NCBI RefSeq assembly: GCF_006345805.1
Contig: NC_042998.1
Location: forward strand, 199,144,001 to 199,208,000
Direction of reading: 5' to 3'
Origin: Octopus sinensis
Taxonomy: Eukaryota
Length of the DNA stretch: 64,000 nt
Part shown: in pieces, positions 25,307-39,282 of the stretch
Layout of the letters: each line of letters begins with the position of its first letter
How positions within the stretch are numbered: the first letter of the stretch is position 1
The notes under the pieces: model-generated
What the model saw: the letters and a program-made list of their open reading frames with translations, nothing else
Database searches by the model: none
What the model was told of the DNA's origin: nothing
Position numbers and translations under genes: made by a program

Positions 25307-25318
25307 TATAATATATAC

Positions 25319-25349
<31 letters not shown>

Positions 25350-26353
25350 CATATATACATACATATATATATATATATATATTTATACATGTGCATATAT
25401 ATGTATAATGTAGTCTAAGATATCTTTCAATAAAAGAAGGACTGCATGATCACTGATCACGGCTGGAAAGCCTTTGATCTGGTGGGAGGTAAGCTGAGCA
25501 ATACAATCAATAGTAAGACAAAAATCACCACGAATCATCCTCTTCCCCTCCTCCTTCCTCACTCCGACCTCTTGCTCGTTTCCTCTTCCCCACCCATCTG
25601 GCTTTCTCCTCTCTTTCTCTTTATATTGTCTTATCTACCAGTCGCTGAGGTTCCGTACTGTTTTGAGTGGGCAGTGTTTTTTTGTCATACACTGTGGTCA
25701 ATTATCCGAGATAATTGTTAACAGGATCTAAACTGATACAGAAGAATCAAATCTCGTATTAATCACAGTTCGGTGTATCTAAGATATAGTTAACAAGACG
25801 AGGACAATAATTTAACAAGCAATTTAGTAAATCAGAGGTGACTTAGATGAAACGGACTTAAATGTCTCCCTTAAAAGATCTTTTAACGCTCTCCGAGACT
25901 GTGTCGGCATTGACATGCGTATTAATGATTTCTAATATTGTCCACAACATCAACAGCATCAACAGCAATAATAATGATGAACAATTCCTAATATCGGCTT
26001 TGACATAATGTCACTTCTCTTGTAGCATAACGATGCAATAAATTGAATTCTGTAATCTCTATTGCGGCCTTGGCCACGATGCAGTTGTATTATCCTTTGC
26101 TGAAGACAATTAGTGAAATGGGTGGTTGTTTTTAGAACATTTTAATGCCAAGAGATATAATTTAGTGTTCATATGGTGATTTCTCACATATGTAGCACTG
26201 TAAGTTGTAATTATTTGATAAAACTTTCCTCTAGTGCTTTTAAAATTCAAAATAACTAAACGAAATAACCTCTAACACGATTTTAAACTGCGTAGACAAT
26301 GCGGAGTGGATGAGAATTATTATCTATAAAGCCAAGATATAATACAATAACAA

Positions 26354-26583
26354 GGCGGCGAGCTGGCAGACACGTTAGCACGCCGGGCGAAATGCTTAGC
26401 GGTAGTTCGTCTGTCGTTACGTTCTGAGTTCAAATTCCGCCGAGGTCGACTTTGCCTTTCATCCTTTGGGGTCGATAAATAAAGTACCAGTTTCGCACTG
26501 AGGTCGATGTAATCGACTTAATCCCTTTATCTGTCCTTGTCTGTCCCCTCTATGTTTAGCTCCTTGTGGGTAGTAAAGAAATA
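26354..26583 (+). mobile_element. SINE family B monomer
   Basis: Same head, core and tail as 3600-3828. Confidence 0.85.
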
Positions 26584-27012
26584 TATAATAGAACAACAAT
26601 ATTCAAGTAGGTGGAGTTTAATCGATTTCAGCAACACCAGGTCATGACTAAAGTATATGTTAGTGACCCTGAAAAGATGAACGGCAAAACTGAATCCAAA
26701 CCCAAGGAATAACATTTTAATGATGTAATTGGAAGAGGAGAGTAACAGCAATGGTCCTTTTCAGGATCTCTAAGACCGATGGAAAGAGACAAGCTAATCT
26801 TAAACAGCAAACAACCCTTTATGCTTACAACAGAGCGAGCCCTGCTACAAAGCTCTAAGGTCCACTTGGTGGTGCTAACCAGTGAATTGTTCAAATTTAC
26901 TACCTACGAGGGGGTACTGAAGTGTTCTACCGTAGTAAGAGGTCCACATTATTTAAATAATAATAATGATAAAATAATAATAATAATAATAATAACAACA
27001 ACAACAACGACA

Positions 27013-27052
<40 letters not shown>

Positions 27053-27090
27053 TGATGATGATGATGATAATAATAATGATGATAATAATG

Positions 27091-27122
<32 letters not shown>

Positions 27123-27209
27123 ACCACTCAGAGAGCGCAACCTCCGCGAAGGAAACACAAATTTCCTCTCAACAATTTGCCGCAGGTGATTTTTAAAATG
27201 AGATTATCT

Positions 27210-27480
27210 AAAATAAACTCGATTGCTCTGACAAACGAGAATACTAAAAATGAACCCGAACACTCTCAAAAATTAAGTAAAAAACAGGAAAAATGATCCA
27301 GAATCCTTGTCCTGTACCGGATCGATCTCAAAATCTAATCAATTCGTGCTAGTCACAAGGCCAAACATCCCTGAAGGTGTCACCCGAATCCATTCAGCGA
27401 TTCTTGAGATATCTTGTCGACGGTCAAACAAACACGACTGAAAACAATACCTCCGCCTTAGCGAAGGCGGAGGTAATAAT
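27210..27480 (+). mobile_element. Helentron/DINE-1-like non-autonomous element (3' part)
   Basis: Perfect 12-bp GC-rich terminal hairpin tacctccgcctt-agcg-aaggcggaggta (27448-27475). Confidence 0.55.
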
Positions 27481-27499
27481 AAATGTTGTTGTGAACGAC

Positions 27500-27760
27500 T
27501 AAAATAATGAAGTCTCCGATCGAGATGAATTTTCCTTGTAATAATATCTCGGCTAAAAAATTTGACAAGCTCAGGAAGTATAGAGATTTGCTCATTGAAA
27601 TCGAAAATGTGGCATCTCAAGGCGGTTACAATACCAATGATTGTAGGAACACTAGGAATGATATAAAAAAAAAGAACTGGAAATTATTTGAAAATGATCT
27701 CCGTCTTACCATCCCAGCAAAATAAGATAATGATTGTTAGAGGTATTGAAGAAAGCACTG
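27500..27760 (+). mobile_element. R4/Dong RLE endonuclease fragment
   Basis: IEMNFP..KKFDKLRKYRDLLIEI..IVGTLGMI. Confidence 0.7.
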
Positions 27761-28179
27761 TCGCTGTGAGAACGACTACCATCCAAGTAATTTTTGTTTT
27801 TATAAATGACTTCATTTGATTTTATAAATAATCAATCTGGTGTGTTTATTTTCATGGCTTATCAGTATATACAGAGAGTTTCTTTGCCTTAGGTGTCGGG
27901 AAGACTCTCGGCAAGAAATGGTAACAAAGTTGAAAGAAGAAAAACTCAATAATAATAAGAATCATAACCGTGAGTACACAATAATTTCTCTATATCTCTG
28001 ATAATTTTTCCAGTCCTGACGAATGAAAGGCATGGGTTAAACAGTCCAAACAGAAAAAAATATTAAGAAATACCAATAATTTTATATCAATAAAATGAAT
28101 AAATCTGAAGAATTTTAAATTAGAATTGTATCTAAATATAATGAACTGAAATTGTTGCCAGCTAAATTCTGGTACTTAC

Positions 28180-28251
28180 ATGAATTTCAAATTGACGAGT
28201 CCTTTCAATGTATTCGGAGGCATCGTTCTGAAGGGATTGTCTGCCAGATAG
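28180..28251 (-). CDS. LGR type C GPCR, LRR exon 9
   Basis: 72 nt, cAG/GTaagt; LYLADNPFRTMPPNTLKGLVNLKFI; joins the hinge exon as ...NLKFI|HFSVFYTC. Confidence 0.92.
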
Positions 28252-28497
28252 CTGTATTGATATTGAAATATCGCATTAAGAAAATGTATTGATTTGTAAC
28301 ATTGGTACATCATCACATATTCGAATAGATGAAAGCAAAAATTTGAGCTCAGTTTATCAGGTTGCTCTGGCCGTGCAGTGATATCTGAGAATTGCTGTAG
28401 CTTTTTAAATCGAGAACTGGGTTGGTACTTCTCCAGAAACACGAGCATTAAGTACTTGACCGAACTATTACATCCTTATGCGTCGAAACGTTTAAGG

Positions 28498-28499
<2 letters not shown>

Positions 28500-28532
<33 letters not shown>

Positions 28533-28750
28533 CACACACACACACTAATACACACATACACACACACACATACACACACATACACACATACACACACACA
28601 TACACACACATACACACACACATACACACATACACACACACACATACACACATACACACACACACACATACACACATACACACACACACACATACACACA
28701 CACACACATACACACACACACATACACACACACACACATACACACATACA

Positions 28751-28808
<58 letters not shown>
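28500..28808. repeat. (CA)n microsatellite
   Basis: Direct; also at 14230-14522. (TA)n tracts at 1648-1692, 6550-6730, 25122-25400, 50810-50865 and 57040-57140; (TATC)n at 38670-38850. Confidence 0.98.
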
Positions 28809-28810
<2 letters not shown>

Positions 28811-28948
28811 ATTCGCAATATTTACTAAGTACGGCATATTTATATCCACTTTTCTCTGCGTGGAGTTTTTTTTCTTTCAAATACTTGCATTTTAGCGTCA
28901 TTTGTTTGTATATAAAGGTATTTTCTTTATCTACTTTACAGGAAAATA

Positions 28949-29509
28949 TTGGGTTGTCCGGAAAGTTCGTGCCGATTTTTAGAAGAAAGAAAAAGGTCAA
29001 TAAATCCTTGCCATTACATTTTTAATCAACCAAATATGAACCATTTTGTTGCACAATGCGTCTCCATCTTTCCTTTGACTTGAAAATACCCTCTTCTCAG
29101 AATTGAAGTGGTTTCATGGCAAAGAATTCATCAAGATATCTTTTTACGTCATCCAAGGAATTGAAATTTTTACCATTTAGACTATTCTGCAGAGACCTGA
29201 ATAAGTGGAAATCCGAAAGAGCAATATCTGGTGAATATGGAGTGGGGTAATAGATCCCAGCCGAGCTGCAGCAATTTTTGTCTGGTTCCCAAAGCAACAA
29301 GTGCCGAAAATGAACTTTCTAATCTTCCATTTTAAAGGGTTACAGAATTAACACAGGTTATAGGAGCATAAACCTTCCACAAAAAGATAGCTTAAACTGT
29401 ACTCTAAATGGAGGTGTAGTCAAATCCTATTTTATGGACTCAACCTTGTTCTAAAATAAGTCGAAAGTTAAGCTAGTATAAATCGGCATGAACTTTCCGG
29501 ACAACCCAA
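28949..29509 (-). mobile_element. Internally deleted mariner element
   Basis: ~30-bp TIRs ttgggttgtccggaaagttcgtgccgattt; TA TSD; PYSPDIALSDFHLFRSLQN transposase remnant. Confidence 0.9.
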
Positions 29510-30456
29510 TAGTTTAATCGTGAAGATAGTTGTGAACGCGAGTCAGCATAACCTAACCTTAGTTTTTCAGAAATATGACCTCTTTACTTCAATAATTACA
29601 CAGCTATAAAATTTAACCTTTTTCAAACAATTATCAGTTTCGACCTGCCATTGGTGTTTGTGCAAAGTCCTCAACCATTTATTACCTATGAACTCCCTTT
29701 CATTCCTATTTTACTCTACTGGGCCCTCAGAGGCATTCAGTGTTTAAAAACTAATCATATCATGTTTTTAGAATGAAATATTAGTATGAATTCTATAAAA
29801 AGGTTGTTAAAATATATTGTGTAGAGCCAATTTATTGGTCATAAATTTTAACAACAAAATATTATACAGATCCCCAAGGGACAGGTGGACCCTAGTTGAG
29901 ACCCACTGCTATAATGTAACTTTCCTATAAAAGTAAATCAATCGAATGCAGTCTTGGATGCTTTACGGAATATCACAGGTCAATCATACTTACATTTTAA
30001 CAAAAACTTTCTATAATTTCTACTTCTTTAAATTACTTTTCAAAGGTATATATTGCCCGAACTCCAACACCTTCTTTCAGTGTTAACACACTCTTATATA
30101 AACTGAAAACAATTTTTCCCCATTCAGCACTACTGAATAGTTCACTTCAGTGCGAAATTCTGTGTAGGAGGCAAACTTTCTATTACACTAGACATATCTA
30201 TCCATTCTATCTAGCGTATTATAATTCAATTTCATATTTTCCTTGATCTACGTAAAATTTATTTAAATATATTTTGCAACACTATCATTACTATATGTTT
30301 ATGTATAAGCAAATGTATGAGTATATATTTATATATACGTACGTATTTATGTATATATACATGTATGCGTGTGTCAAAGTACCGACCAACTGTCAATTTT
30401 TAAAATATATTTTCGGTAATTAAATATCTCGCGTAGATGAAGTAGATGTGTATGCT

Positions 30457-30499
<43 letters not shown>

Positions 30500-30668
30500 A
30501 TACGCGTGTATACGTATGAATGCATGTATGATTGTATGTATCTATTTATATATGTGTATGAATACACTTGTATACACAGAGTAAGCATGATGAAATTTGT
30601 GCAGACCTGTTGTAGCCATAGAGAACTACTTAACAGGGTGTAGAAAATAATTGTATATGGTTACGTAC

Positions 30669-30740
30669 AGTGAAATTAGGTTTTCAACATACATAAAGGA
30701 TTTCTCTTCAATGTGTTCAATTTGATTTTCTTCCAAATTC
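30669..30740 (-). CDS. LGR type C GPCR, LRR exon 8
   Basis: 72 nt, cAG/GTacgt; LNLEENQIEHIEEKSFMYVENLISL. Confidence 0.9.
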
Positions 30741-31718
30741 CTGCAACAAGGAAAGAAATATAAAGCAATGTTGGCTACAACGTTTACAACAAAGAATTTA
30801 GAAGCATTCGTGACAACATGAGGCCGTGCAGCATTATAGAGATTAGAAAGAATTTGGCACCTACGTTGGCTCTAAAGGATGTGTCGCTTTTGTAGTAGAA
30901 TAACCAGCCGTATTGGTGATAGAAACAAGATATCGTTGTTTAGCCACAGGTCAGTTTTAATTATGGAGAGTTATGATTGAATGCGTTCCTGTGGTGAGCA
31001 TTCTTTTATCAGATATATATATCTGGAACTGTATTTTTCTACGTTTAGCTTTTATATAATAATGCTAACTTAAGGGGATTTCTCTGGAATTACTAATTGG
31101 AGGAGTGACTACAGAAATAAACCTCCATTTTGACTTGTATGTGTGTGGGAATACAGAGGGGGAGGCATACGACAAAACGACGAACTGCAAATATTTAGTG
31201 TGTTACAGAACTTGATATAGGGTAGATTACTTGATGAAAGAGGAAATTAGTATGGAATTGGGACTTATTAAATTAAAGTCACTGTTTCTATGGTGTCCCA
31301 GATTTAAGGAGGGCTTAAACTCATACATTCCAGCTGATCAAGCAATCGTTAGCTTTGTGATACTCCTATACGATGCAGAGGAAGAAACATTGGGAATTAC
31401 ATGTAGTATTCCTTTTTGCAGAACAGTAAAAAGATAAGGATTATTGAAGCTTTCATCACCAATGATGTCATTGTAACATCGATGGTACCAGAGGTTTTTA
31501 TTAGTATTTACGATAATGTAATATTGTATATGGTAGAAATGATATGATAAAGAGTAGTTTGTTTTCGATGACAGAATAGATGTTAGCGATAGGGAACACT
31601 GGAAATTTGTAGTCATATTTTAAAGAGGTAGATGATTGTTGTTTTCGTATACCGGTTTTCATATGGTTTGCTTATTAAGCTTACACTAAAGAATCTAATT
31701 TACCACCTGATATTAGGC

Positions 31719-32323
31719 TGAAACGTAGCTGGCAGAATCGTTAGCACGTCGAGCGAAATGCTTAGCAGTATTTCGTCTGCCGCTACGTTCTGAGTTCAAA
31801 TTCCGCCGAGGTCGACTTTGCCTTTCATCCTTTTGGGGTCGATTAAATAAGTACCAGTTATGCACTGGGGTCGATATAATCGACTTAATCCCTTTGTCTG
31901 TCCTTGTTTGTCCCTTCTATGTTTAGCCCCTTGTGGGTAGTAAAGAAATAGATATTTCATCTGCCGCTACGTTCTGAGTTCAAATTCCGCCGACGTCGAC
32001 TTTGTCTATCATCCTTTCGGGGTCGATTAAATAAGTACCAGTTACGCACTGCGGTCGATATAATCGAATTAACCCGTTTGTCTGTCCTTGTTTATCGTTT
32101 CTGTGTTTAGCCCCTTGTGGGTAGTAAAGAAATAGGTATTTCGTCTGCCACTACGTTCTGAGTTCAAATTCCGCCGAGGTCGACTTTGCCTATCATCCTT
32201 TCGGGATCGATTAAATAAGTACCAGTTACGCACTGGAGTAGATATAATCGACTTAATCTGCTTGTCTGTCCTTGTTTGTCCCCTCTGTGTTTAGCCCCTT
32301 GTGGATAGTAAAGAAATAGGTAT
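31719..32323 (+). mobile_element. SINE family B array: head plus 3 x 184 bp
   Basis: Units start at 31767, 31951 and 32135; ends AAAGAAATA-GGTAT. Confidence 0.9.
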
Positions 32324-33751
32324 ATTGCTCCAAATATAGAGGGCAGCGTATAGTCAATGACATTGAACCACAGTGTATTACTAATGCTTAATTTATCGAT
32401 TCAAAGGGATGAGCAGCAAGGTTAATCAATGGAAAGGTAAAGGTATGTAACTAAATAATGATTTCTAAACATATATATTGTGCTACGCACCTTGGATCAG
32501 ATCATTCACATTGATAATTTTATAGATTCTATTAATACTAATGGTAAATTAGGGAGGGGGCCGTGGTAAAGTCTATCTGGCGGAATTTGAAACTGCAAGC
32601 CATTTCGTCCAGAAATTTACAAATTCTGCTAAAACCGTAAGAAACATTATTAAGTTCTTAGTTAGAAATGTGAAAAGCTGCAAAGTAATAGAATATAGAA
32701 AATATGACGATTAAAGTAGAATAAGAAAGAGGTAAAAACCAGATCATTTTAACGCCACGTTTATAGTTAATTAGCTTCACTTGTGCCACTGTTACCTTTG
32801 ATCAAATCAGAACATCGGTTCTACGTTCGGAGTTCGAATCGTAGCGAGGTTGACTTTAGCATTCTTTATTCGATATAATTGTTTCTAGTATAGCCATAGG
32901 ACCAACGGTTTTCAGAAGGGAGTAATCGTTATCATCGACGCTAGTACCGGACCACACTCTACAGAATTTGATTTCAGAGAAAGACGACAGTCCTGTTCTC
33001 GCTTCCTCCACAAATTCATGGCTTTGTGTTAAATACTCAAAAGCCTCCTGTACTATGGTTGCCTTTAAGATACACGGTTTTATAAATGTAAATGAGGCCA
33101 ACCCTAGGTGATAACAAAACAAATATTCACTCGTTTATTACTGTTGTTCTCGCTTACAATTAAATTGTTTTTGTAGCTTCTTGCGGTTAAATCCGTTCTG
33201 ATTTGCAAATCTTATCAACAAAAGCATTTTAACTGCAACCATCCCACCTTTTTTCCTATGAGCCATTATATCATTATTTAATGTGTTCTCTTCTAACATG
33301 TAGAGAGTGGCTTGAAGGAAATTGTCACCAGACGGAGCAAGTATGCAGGGACCCCCTTCTTGATTCCTTTACAAGTATGTGAATTGTGTTGCTGAAAGCT
33401 GTTTCTTTACGTTTTGCTTCCTAGCCAGTGTCCACGATAAGGCACAAAACAGGGGCATCTTTTACTGGTCAGCCTATATCTTATCTGAAACTGGTATTTA
33501 TTCCTAGGCACAGTTAATGATAAGTAGAAAGATAAAATAGGTTATCTATATAACTTCTTTTGTACTTCTAGTATTAGGCTCTTAAAACAAAAACACAAAG
33601 GTCCAATGGGAGAAAGGAATGGGGTTACCTTGACATTCAGGTTTTCTCAAGGATATTAGCGACAATATAAACAAAATGAAATGGTTTCAACTAAGAATTA
33701 AAGGCACTTTATTTCTGTGCAGTATAATGATGTTCCTGTTTTGGTACTTAC

Positions 33752-33823
33752 AGATATTGGATGGATTTTAATCCAGCGAACATTCCATTAACCAATTTAG
33801 TAAATCTGTTTTGTCGCAATATT
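33752..33823 (-). CDS. LGR type C GPCR, LRR exon 7
   Basis: 72 nt, cAG/GTaagt; LILRQNRFTKLVNGMFAGLKSIQYL. Confidence 0.92.
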
Positions 33824-34816
33824 CTGTAGAAGTAAAGAAAAAAAATATTCAGTAATGAATTAAAAACATTTAAAAAAATTTCATTTATTAATTAAACACC
33901 TGAAACTCTACTTAGTTGTTCTAGTTGAAAGAAATAGTAGCCAAATGTTCCTCAGTTCATGTCCTACCATATTTAAAAGGGAAGAACACACTGGACAATG
34001 TACTCCTAGCTATACAATAAGGTGGGTTGGTCATGATTGAAACACATTTGATGATAGGACTGCTTGATTAAGGCTAAATAATAATAATAATAACAATACA
34101 CTGTTGAGAAGGAACAATGCTCTAAATCTTTCGATCTTACTATAAATGTCGGGACTTAGTATTTCTGGTGACCTTTCATGGTGATCATGCACCTACGGAA
34201 CAATTACAAACAATACCTGTAATGATTTATGTTGCCTGCACTATAATGTGACCGTTGATTGTCAGATGTATGTAAATAGGTTGCAGTGACTTCACAAAAC
34301 GTAAATAAACATACAAAAGAAAATTACTAAATATGTGTATTGAAATTTTTTTTAAATGACACAAAGAAACAGTGCACAAAATATATGGAAAAGATAGACA
34401 CAATTTTACTTTGGAGACATGTGTATACTGACAGGAAAATATATGCTAATTACTGTCATTATTATTGTTGAAGACTGCAGAAAAACACAGCAGAGGAAAA
34501 ATATCTATGTCAAAAATAATACAAGTGGAAAAATGTATACATAAAACTGCAAATAAAAATAACAAACAAAAACAGGATGTTGAGAAGTGAAAATAATAGC
34601 AATTTGATAATATAAGTAAATTGTGGCAAATGATAAAAGTATAATGATAAGAGTATTGAATGAGAAAATGTGAATAGCAATTTATTGTAGATAGTAATTT
34701 AGAGAAAATGGTAATTGGAATTTACCGATAGCAGTTACGAATAATAAATGGTAACTGTGATTTATTGATTATAGTAACAAAAAGTAAACGTTAATTGTGA
34801 TTTACTGATAATAATA

Positions 34817-35038
34817 ACCCTTTCTAATTTTGGCATAAGGACAAGCCAACAATTTTGAGAGGAGGGATAAGTCGATTATACCGACCCTAGGGCTCAAATA
34901 GTACCTATTTTGTTGACTCCGAAAGGATGAAAGGCAAAGTCGACCTCGGTGGAATTTGAACTCAGAACATAGGAATTGAAAGAAATGTCGCTAAGCATTT
35001 TAGCGGGCGTGCTAATAACGCTGCCAGCTCGCCGCCTT
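34817..35038 (-). mobile_element. SINE family B, older subfamily (different tail)
   Basis: Head and core as in family B; tail ...CCTTATGCCAAAATTAGAAAGG. Further old or partial copies at ~41610-41760, ~41915-42184, ~45680-46035 and ~50205-50410. Confidence 0.75.
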
Positions 35039-35099
35039 AATAATAGCGATAATAATGATAATGACAGTTTAATGATTATAGTAATCGAAGAAAAACGAT

Positions 35100-35475
<376 letters not shown>

Positions 35476-36234
35476 TTTTAATTGAAAGATAAATAAAATG
35501 AATGGTAAATAGCAATAGAAATTCAGTAATAAAATTAAATTGGATCTTTTATTCATACGAACGTAACTGATGTGAAATATGTCATAAATAACAGTGAAAA
35601 ACTAAACAGAGACCGCCGGAAGTTGTTGTTGAACTTGTTGGCAAACAACAGCAGTAATTGTATTCACCTCAATAGACGTCATTGATTGGTTGAAATTACC
35701 GAAATAGGAGAAATTAAACAAGAAATAGCTTATAAACTACAGAATTTTCTCAAGAACGCCAAAAGAAAAAGATGTTTTATGTGACACATTCTGCCAGTAT
35801 ACGAAGTTTAAAAGTGTTTAGTTACAAAGAAATTATTTTTAAAATCTGCCGGTCAAAGTGAAAAGATCCATTAAATTTTGATAAATGTAAAAACAAATTT
35901 AAGCGGGTGAGTGAAGTATTTATGAAATTTATGCCAATCCTTCAGTAATGTAAACGAAACGGTTCTAAGGGGCACCGGAAGTCACGTGTCGAAATGTAAC
36001 ATCAAAAGCAGCCTTGTACTCTACAAAAAATAGCATCGCCAGTTCCACCTACAGCTATACCCTTGTCCCTGTCTTCATTACTATCACCACTTCGATTACC
36101 GAAACTACCAACACCACAACCTCCATCATCATCATCATCATCATCGCCATCACTGTCGTCGAGTTGGTGGTCGTCAGCGTCGCCATCGTCATCGTTAATA
36201 TCATAGTCTTTATCAGTATCTTCATTGCCCTTAC

Positions 36235-36659
36235 ATATCTGTTTCTTTATTGCCCACAAGGGACTAAACATAGAGGGGACAAACAAGGACAGACAAACGG
36301 ATTAAGTCGATTACATCGACCCCAGTGCGTAACTGGTACTTAATTTATCGACCCCCGAAAGGATGAAAGGCAAAGTCGACCTCAACGGAATTTGAACTCA
36401 GAACGTAACGGCAGACGAAATACCTATTTCTTTACTACCCATAAGGGGCCAAACACAGAGGGGACAAACAAGGACAGACAAACGGATTAAGTCGATTACA
36501 TCGACCCCAGTGCGTAACTGGTACTTAATTTATCGACCCCCGAAAGGATGAAAGGCAAAGTCGACCTCAGCGGAATTTGAACTCAGAACGTAGCGACGGG
36601 TCGAAATACCACTAAGCACTTCGCCCGGCGTGCTAACGTCTCTGCCAGCCTGCTGCCTT
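36235..36659 (-). mobile_element. SINE family B array: head plus 2 units
   Basis: Junction at 36424/36425 identical to the other arrays. Confidence 0.88.
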
Positions 36660-36869
36660 AATAGTCCTTACATATTGACATGATCACCACTACCACAATC
36701 GCTACCACCACCGCCTCCCCCAACAACAACAACAAAAACTAACTACATCACCATCACCACCACCACCATCCAACAACCGACAGCCTTCTACTTCTCTTCT
36801 TCATCACTGTCGTCGTCGTCGTTACCGTCGTCATCACCCTAATCCTCATCCTCATCAGTTTCTGTACAA

Positions 36870-37375
36870 GTGCCTAAAGCCAGCTGGAGACGATGATCTC
36901 CTGGGGCTAAAAAGCTACAGTAACACCCCCTCCCCTTTGTGGTTAGCCATATTGAAATGGCTATTATACTTTACGTTGTCGAGCGATTACTGTTTACATC
37001 TCGTTCTGAGATTTAATAATGCTTACAGACAGTTTTTCGAAAACAGTGGCAGAAGTCACTAGAAAAACTCATATATTTGCAAACAGGCCTTGTCTTTCAT
37101 TGTGATCCGGTGATTACCGCCCGTTGATAAGAGACAATAACCTCGAAACCGCAGTCCGGTGCGTATCACTTAGGCTTACGAGAAAGGGATGGCTTCCCTT
37201 TGCAAATACCACAAGGCACAGATAGTGTGCCTAAAGCCAGTTGGAGATGATGATCTCCTAGGGCTAAAAAGCTACAGTAACACCCCCACCTTTGTGGTTA
37301 GCCATATTGAAATGGCTATTATACTTTACATTGTCGAGCGATTACTGTTTACATCTCGTTCTGAGATTTAATAAT
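36870..37375 (+). mobile_element. Retrozyme-like element, diverged relative of 7806-8345 (~356-bp period, ~1.4 units)
   Basis: Direct repeats 36870-37020 and 37227-37375; collinear similarity to the 7806-8158 unit, including GGTTAGCCATATTGAAATGGC and CCTGGGGCTAAAAA. Confidence 0.78.
37110..37169 (+). ncRNA. Hammerhead motif with U3:A8 core (partly decayed helices)
   Basis: gtgat..ccg TTGATAA gag-acaataac-ctc GAA accgcagt C cgg..atcac; same position in the unit as the intact HHR at 8017-8061. Confidence 0.6.
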
Positions 37376-37572
37376 ACAATAACTACACCAATAACAATAA
37401 TAACACCAAAAACAACAACAACAACAGTAATAAGCATAATGTCAGCAAAGATATCAACAATAACAGCTATTTATAAAATAATGAATGAAATAACTACATC
37501 AATAACAACCGTAACAGCACAAGGTTCATCAACCTGAGGAACATAAGAAACGGTCAAAGAGTGATTGCTTAC

Positions 37573-37644
37573 AGATTTTGTAGCTGAGTCAGCGAGACGA
37601 AGGAATTTGGTTCGATGGAGCTAATCTTGTTGTTAATCAAATAT
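37573..37644 (-). CDS. LGR type C GPCR, LRR exon 6
   Basis: 72 nt, cAG/GTaagc; LYLINNKISSIEPNSFVSLTQLQNL. Confidence 0.92.
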
Positions 37645-37759
37645 CTGGAAAATAGAGTGGAATATTCAGTAGAAAACATGATATCCATTGAATATATTGC
37701 CTAATGTAATATTTGTTTATAGAATAACGTATATTTCAATGAAATCTATTCACAAAATA

Positions 37760-38330
37760 GTTTCTCTAATATAACTTTTAGCGTCGCAGACATCGTTGTA
37801 GCCATAAACGAAACTAAATATTATTCTGCAGTTGGCCATGATAGATACTCTGCTAGGATTCCGAAGGAATGCGAACACCAACTTATACCTCTTCTTATCA
37901 AACAATGGAGAAAATCTTTAGGCTGTCATCCTAGTTTTCGATAAAGGAAACAGTTTATTTGCAGTTAACTATCGTCTAATCTCACTCACTTCCCAATCAT
38001 CAGAGGTAAGATCAAAAATAATTACTTTCCTAGAGAGTAAAATCCTCCTAAATTCCAAGCAGCATAGCTTCCGCTGCGGCAGAGAATGCCTAACGTATCA
38101 CATTGAGGACATCCTTAGAATTTTGGAAGGCGGTTCAAGAGGGGTCGGCCACAGCAACCTACAACAAAAGCTATCCAGCACTGTAGTCAGTGGAAAGTTG
38201 TTGCCCTGGATCAAGCATTTCCTGGTGAACAGAAACCATCTTATTATGATCGATGGAATCTTCTCAAGCCTACTATCAGTCCGCAAGGGTCTATGTTAGA
38301 CCCACTTAACTTCATAGTCTATGTAAGCAT
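37760..38330 (+). mobile_element. Degenerate CR1/Jockey RT fragment
   Basis: NYRLISLTS; PQGSMLDPL-like motifs, with stops and frameshifts. Confidence 0.6.
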
Positions 38331-38671
38331 AAAATCCAAACTATAATATATTTATATGCAATAGTACAATAAAATATAAAGTATATATATAAAATATATA
38401 TTTATTTAAATAAGATACTATAATTTAATACGGTGTAATACAACATAAAATATACATAATGTAATCTATTAAAACATATATATATATATATATTTAATAA
38501 ATAATGTATATAATATCGCTTTCGTATTTGGTCTGCAAGATAAAAGAAAAAATCTAAATTTTACATAATGTGAAATCATTTTTAACTGATATTTGTTTAC
38601 TTATTATCAGAAAATTTATATGATATTTTGTATGATCTTTCTCTCTCTCCGTTTGTCTCTCTATGTATCTG

Positions 38672-38846
<175 letters not shown>

Positions 38847-39282
38847 ACATACATAGTGTGTATATGCATAATATAATAATTATACAGCACATTAAAATTA
38901 TAGCATTATTACATTTACATAATATAACATGATATTCATAAAATGCACTATAATTAAATTAAAAGGAGCGAGAAAAACATTTGAAATACAATATGATAAA
39001 AAGAATTGAAAACAAATTAAAGCGTATATGATAGATTAACTTCCTCATCGATTTACAAAGAACAATTGTTGTAATCGTTCGTTCAAGAAAATTATATTAA
39101 TGTGTATCTCGGTTTTTAGAATAGGTACACCGATAACATATGGTAATATTCTAAGAGTAGCTGTTTGAAATGTTCGCTCATTAAACAATAAATCAGTCAT
39201 TTTTGTATTTCGGAATGGTCATTTTGCCAGTTTAGCCAATAAAAACAAACGCACTCCTTCCCTGGATCTTTCCTTCTCCTAT

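Noticed and set aside
29663-29908. Possible hAT MITE (CAGTGG.TCTCAAC-like end)
   Set aside because: Only one end is convincing and there is no 8-bp TSD.
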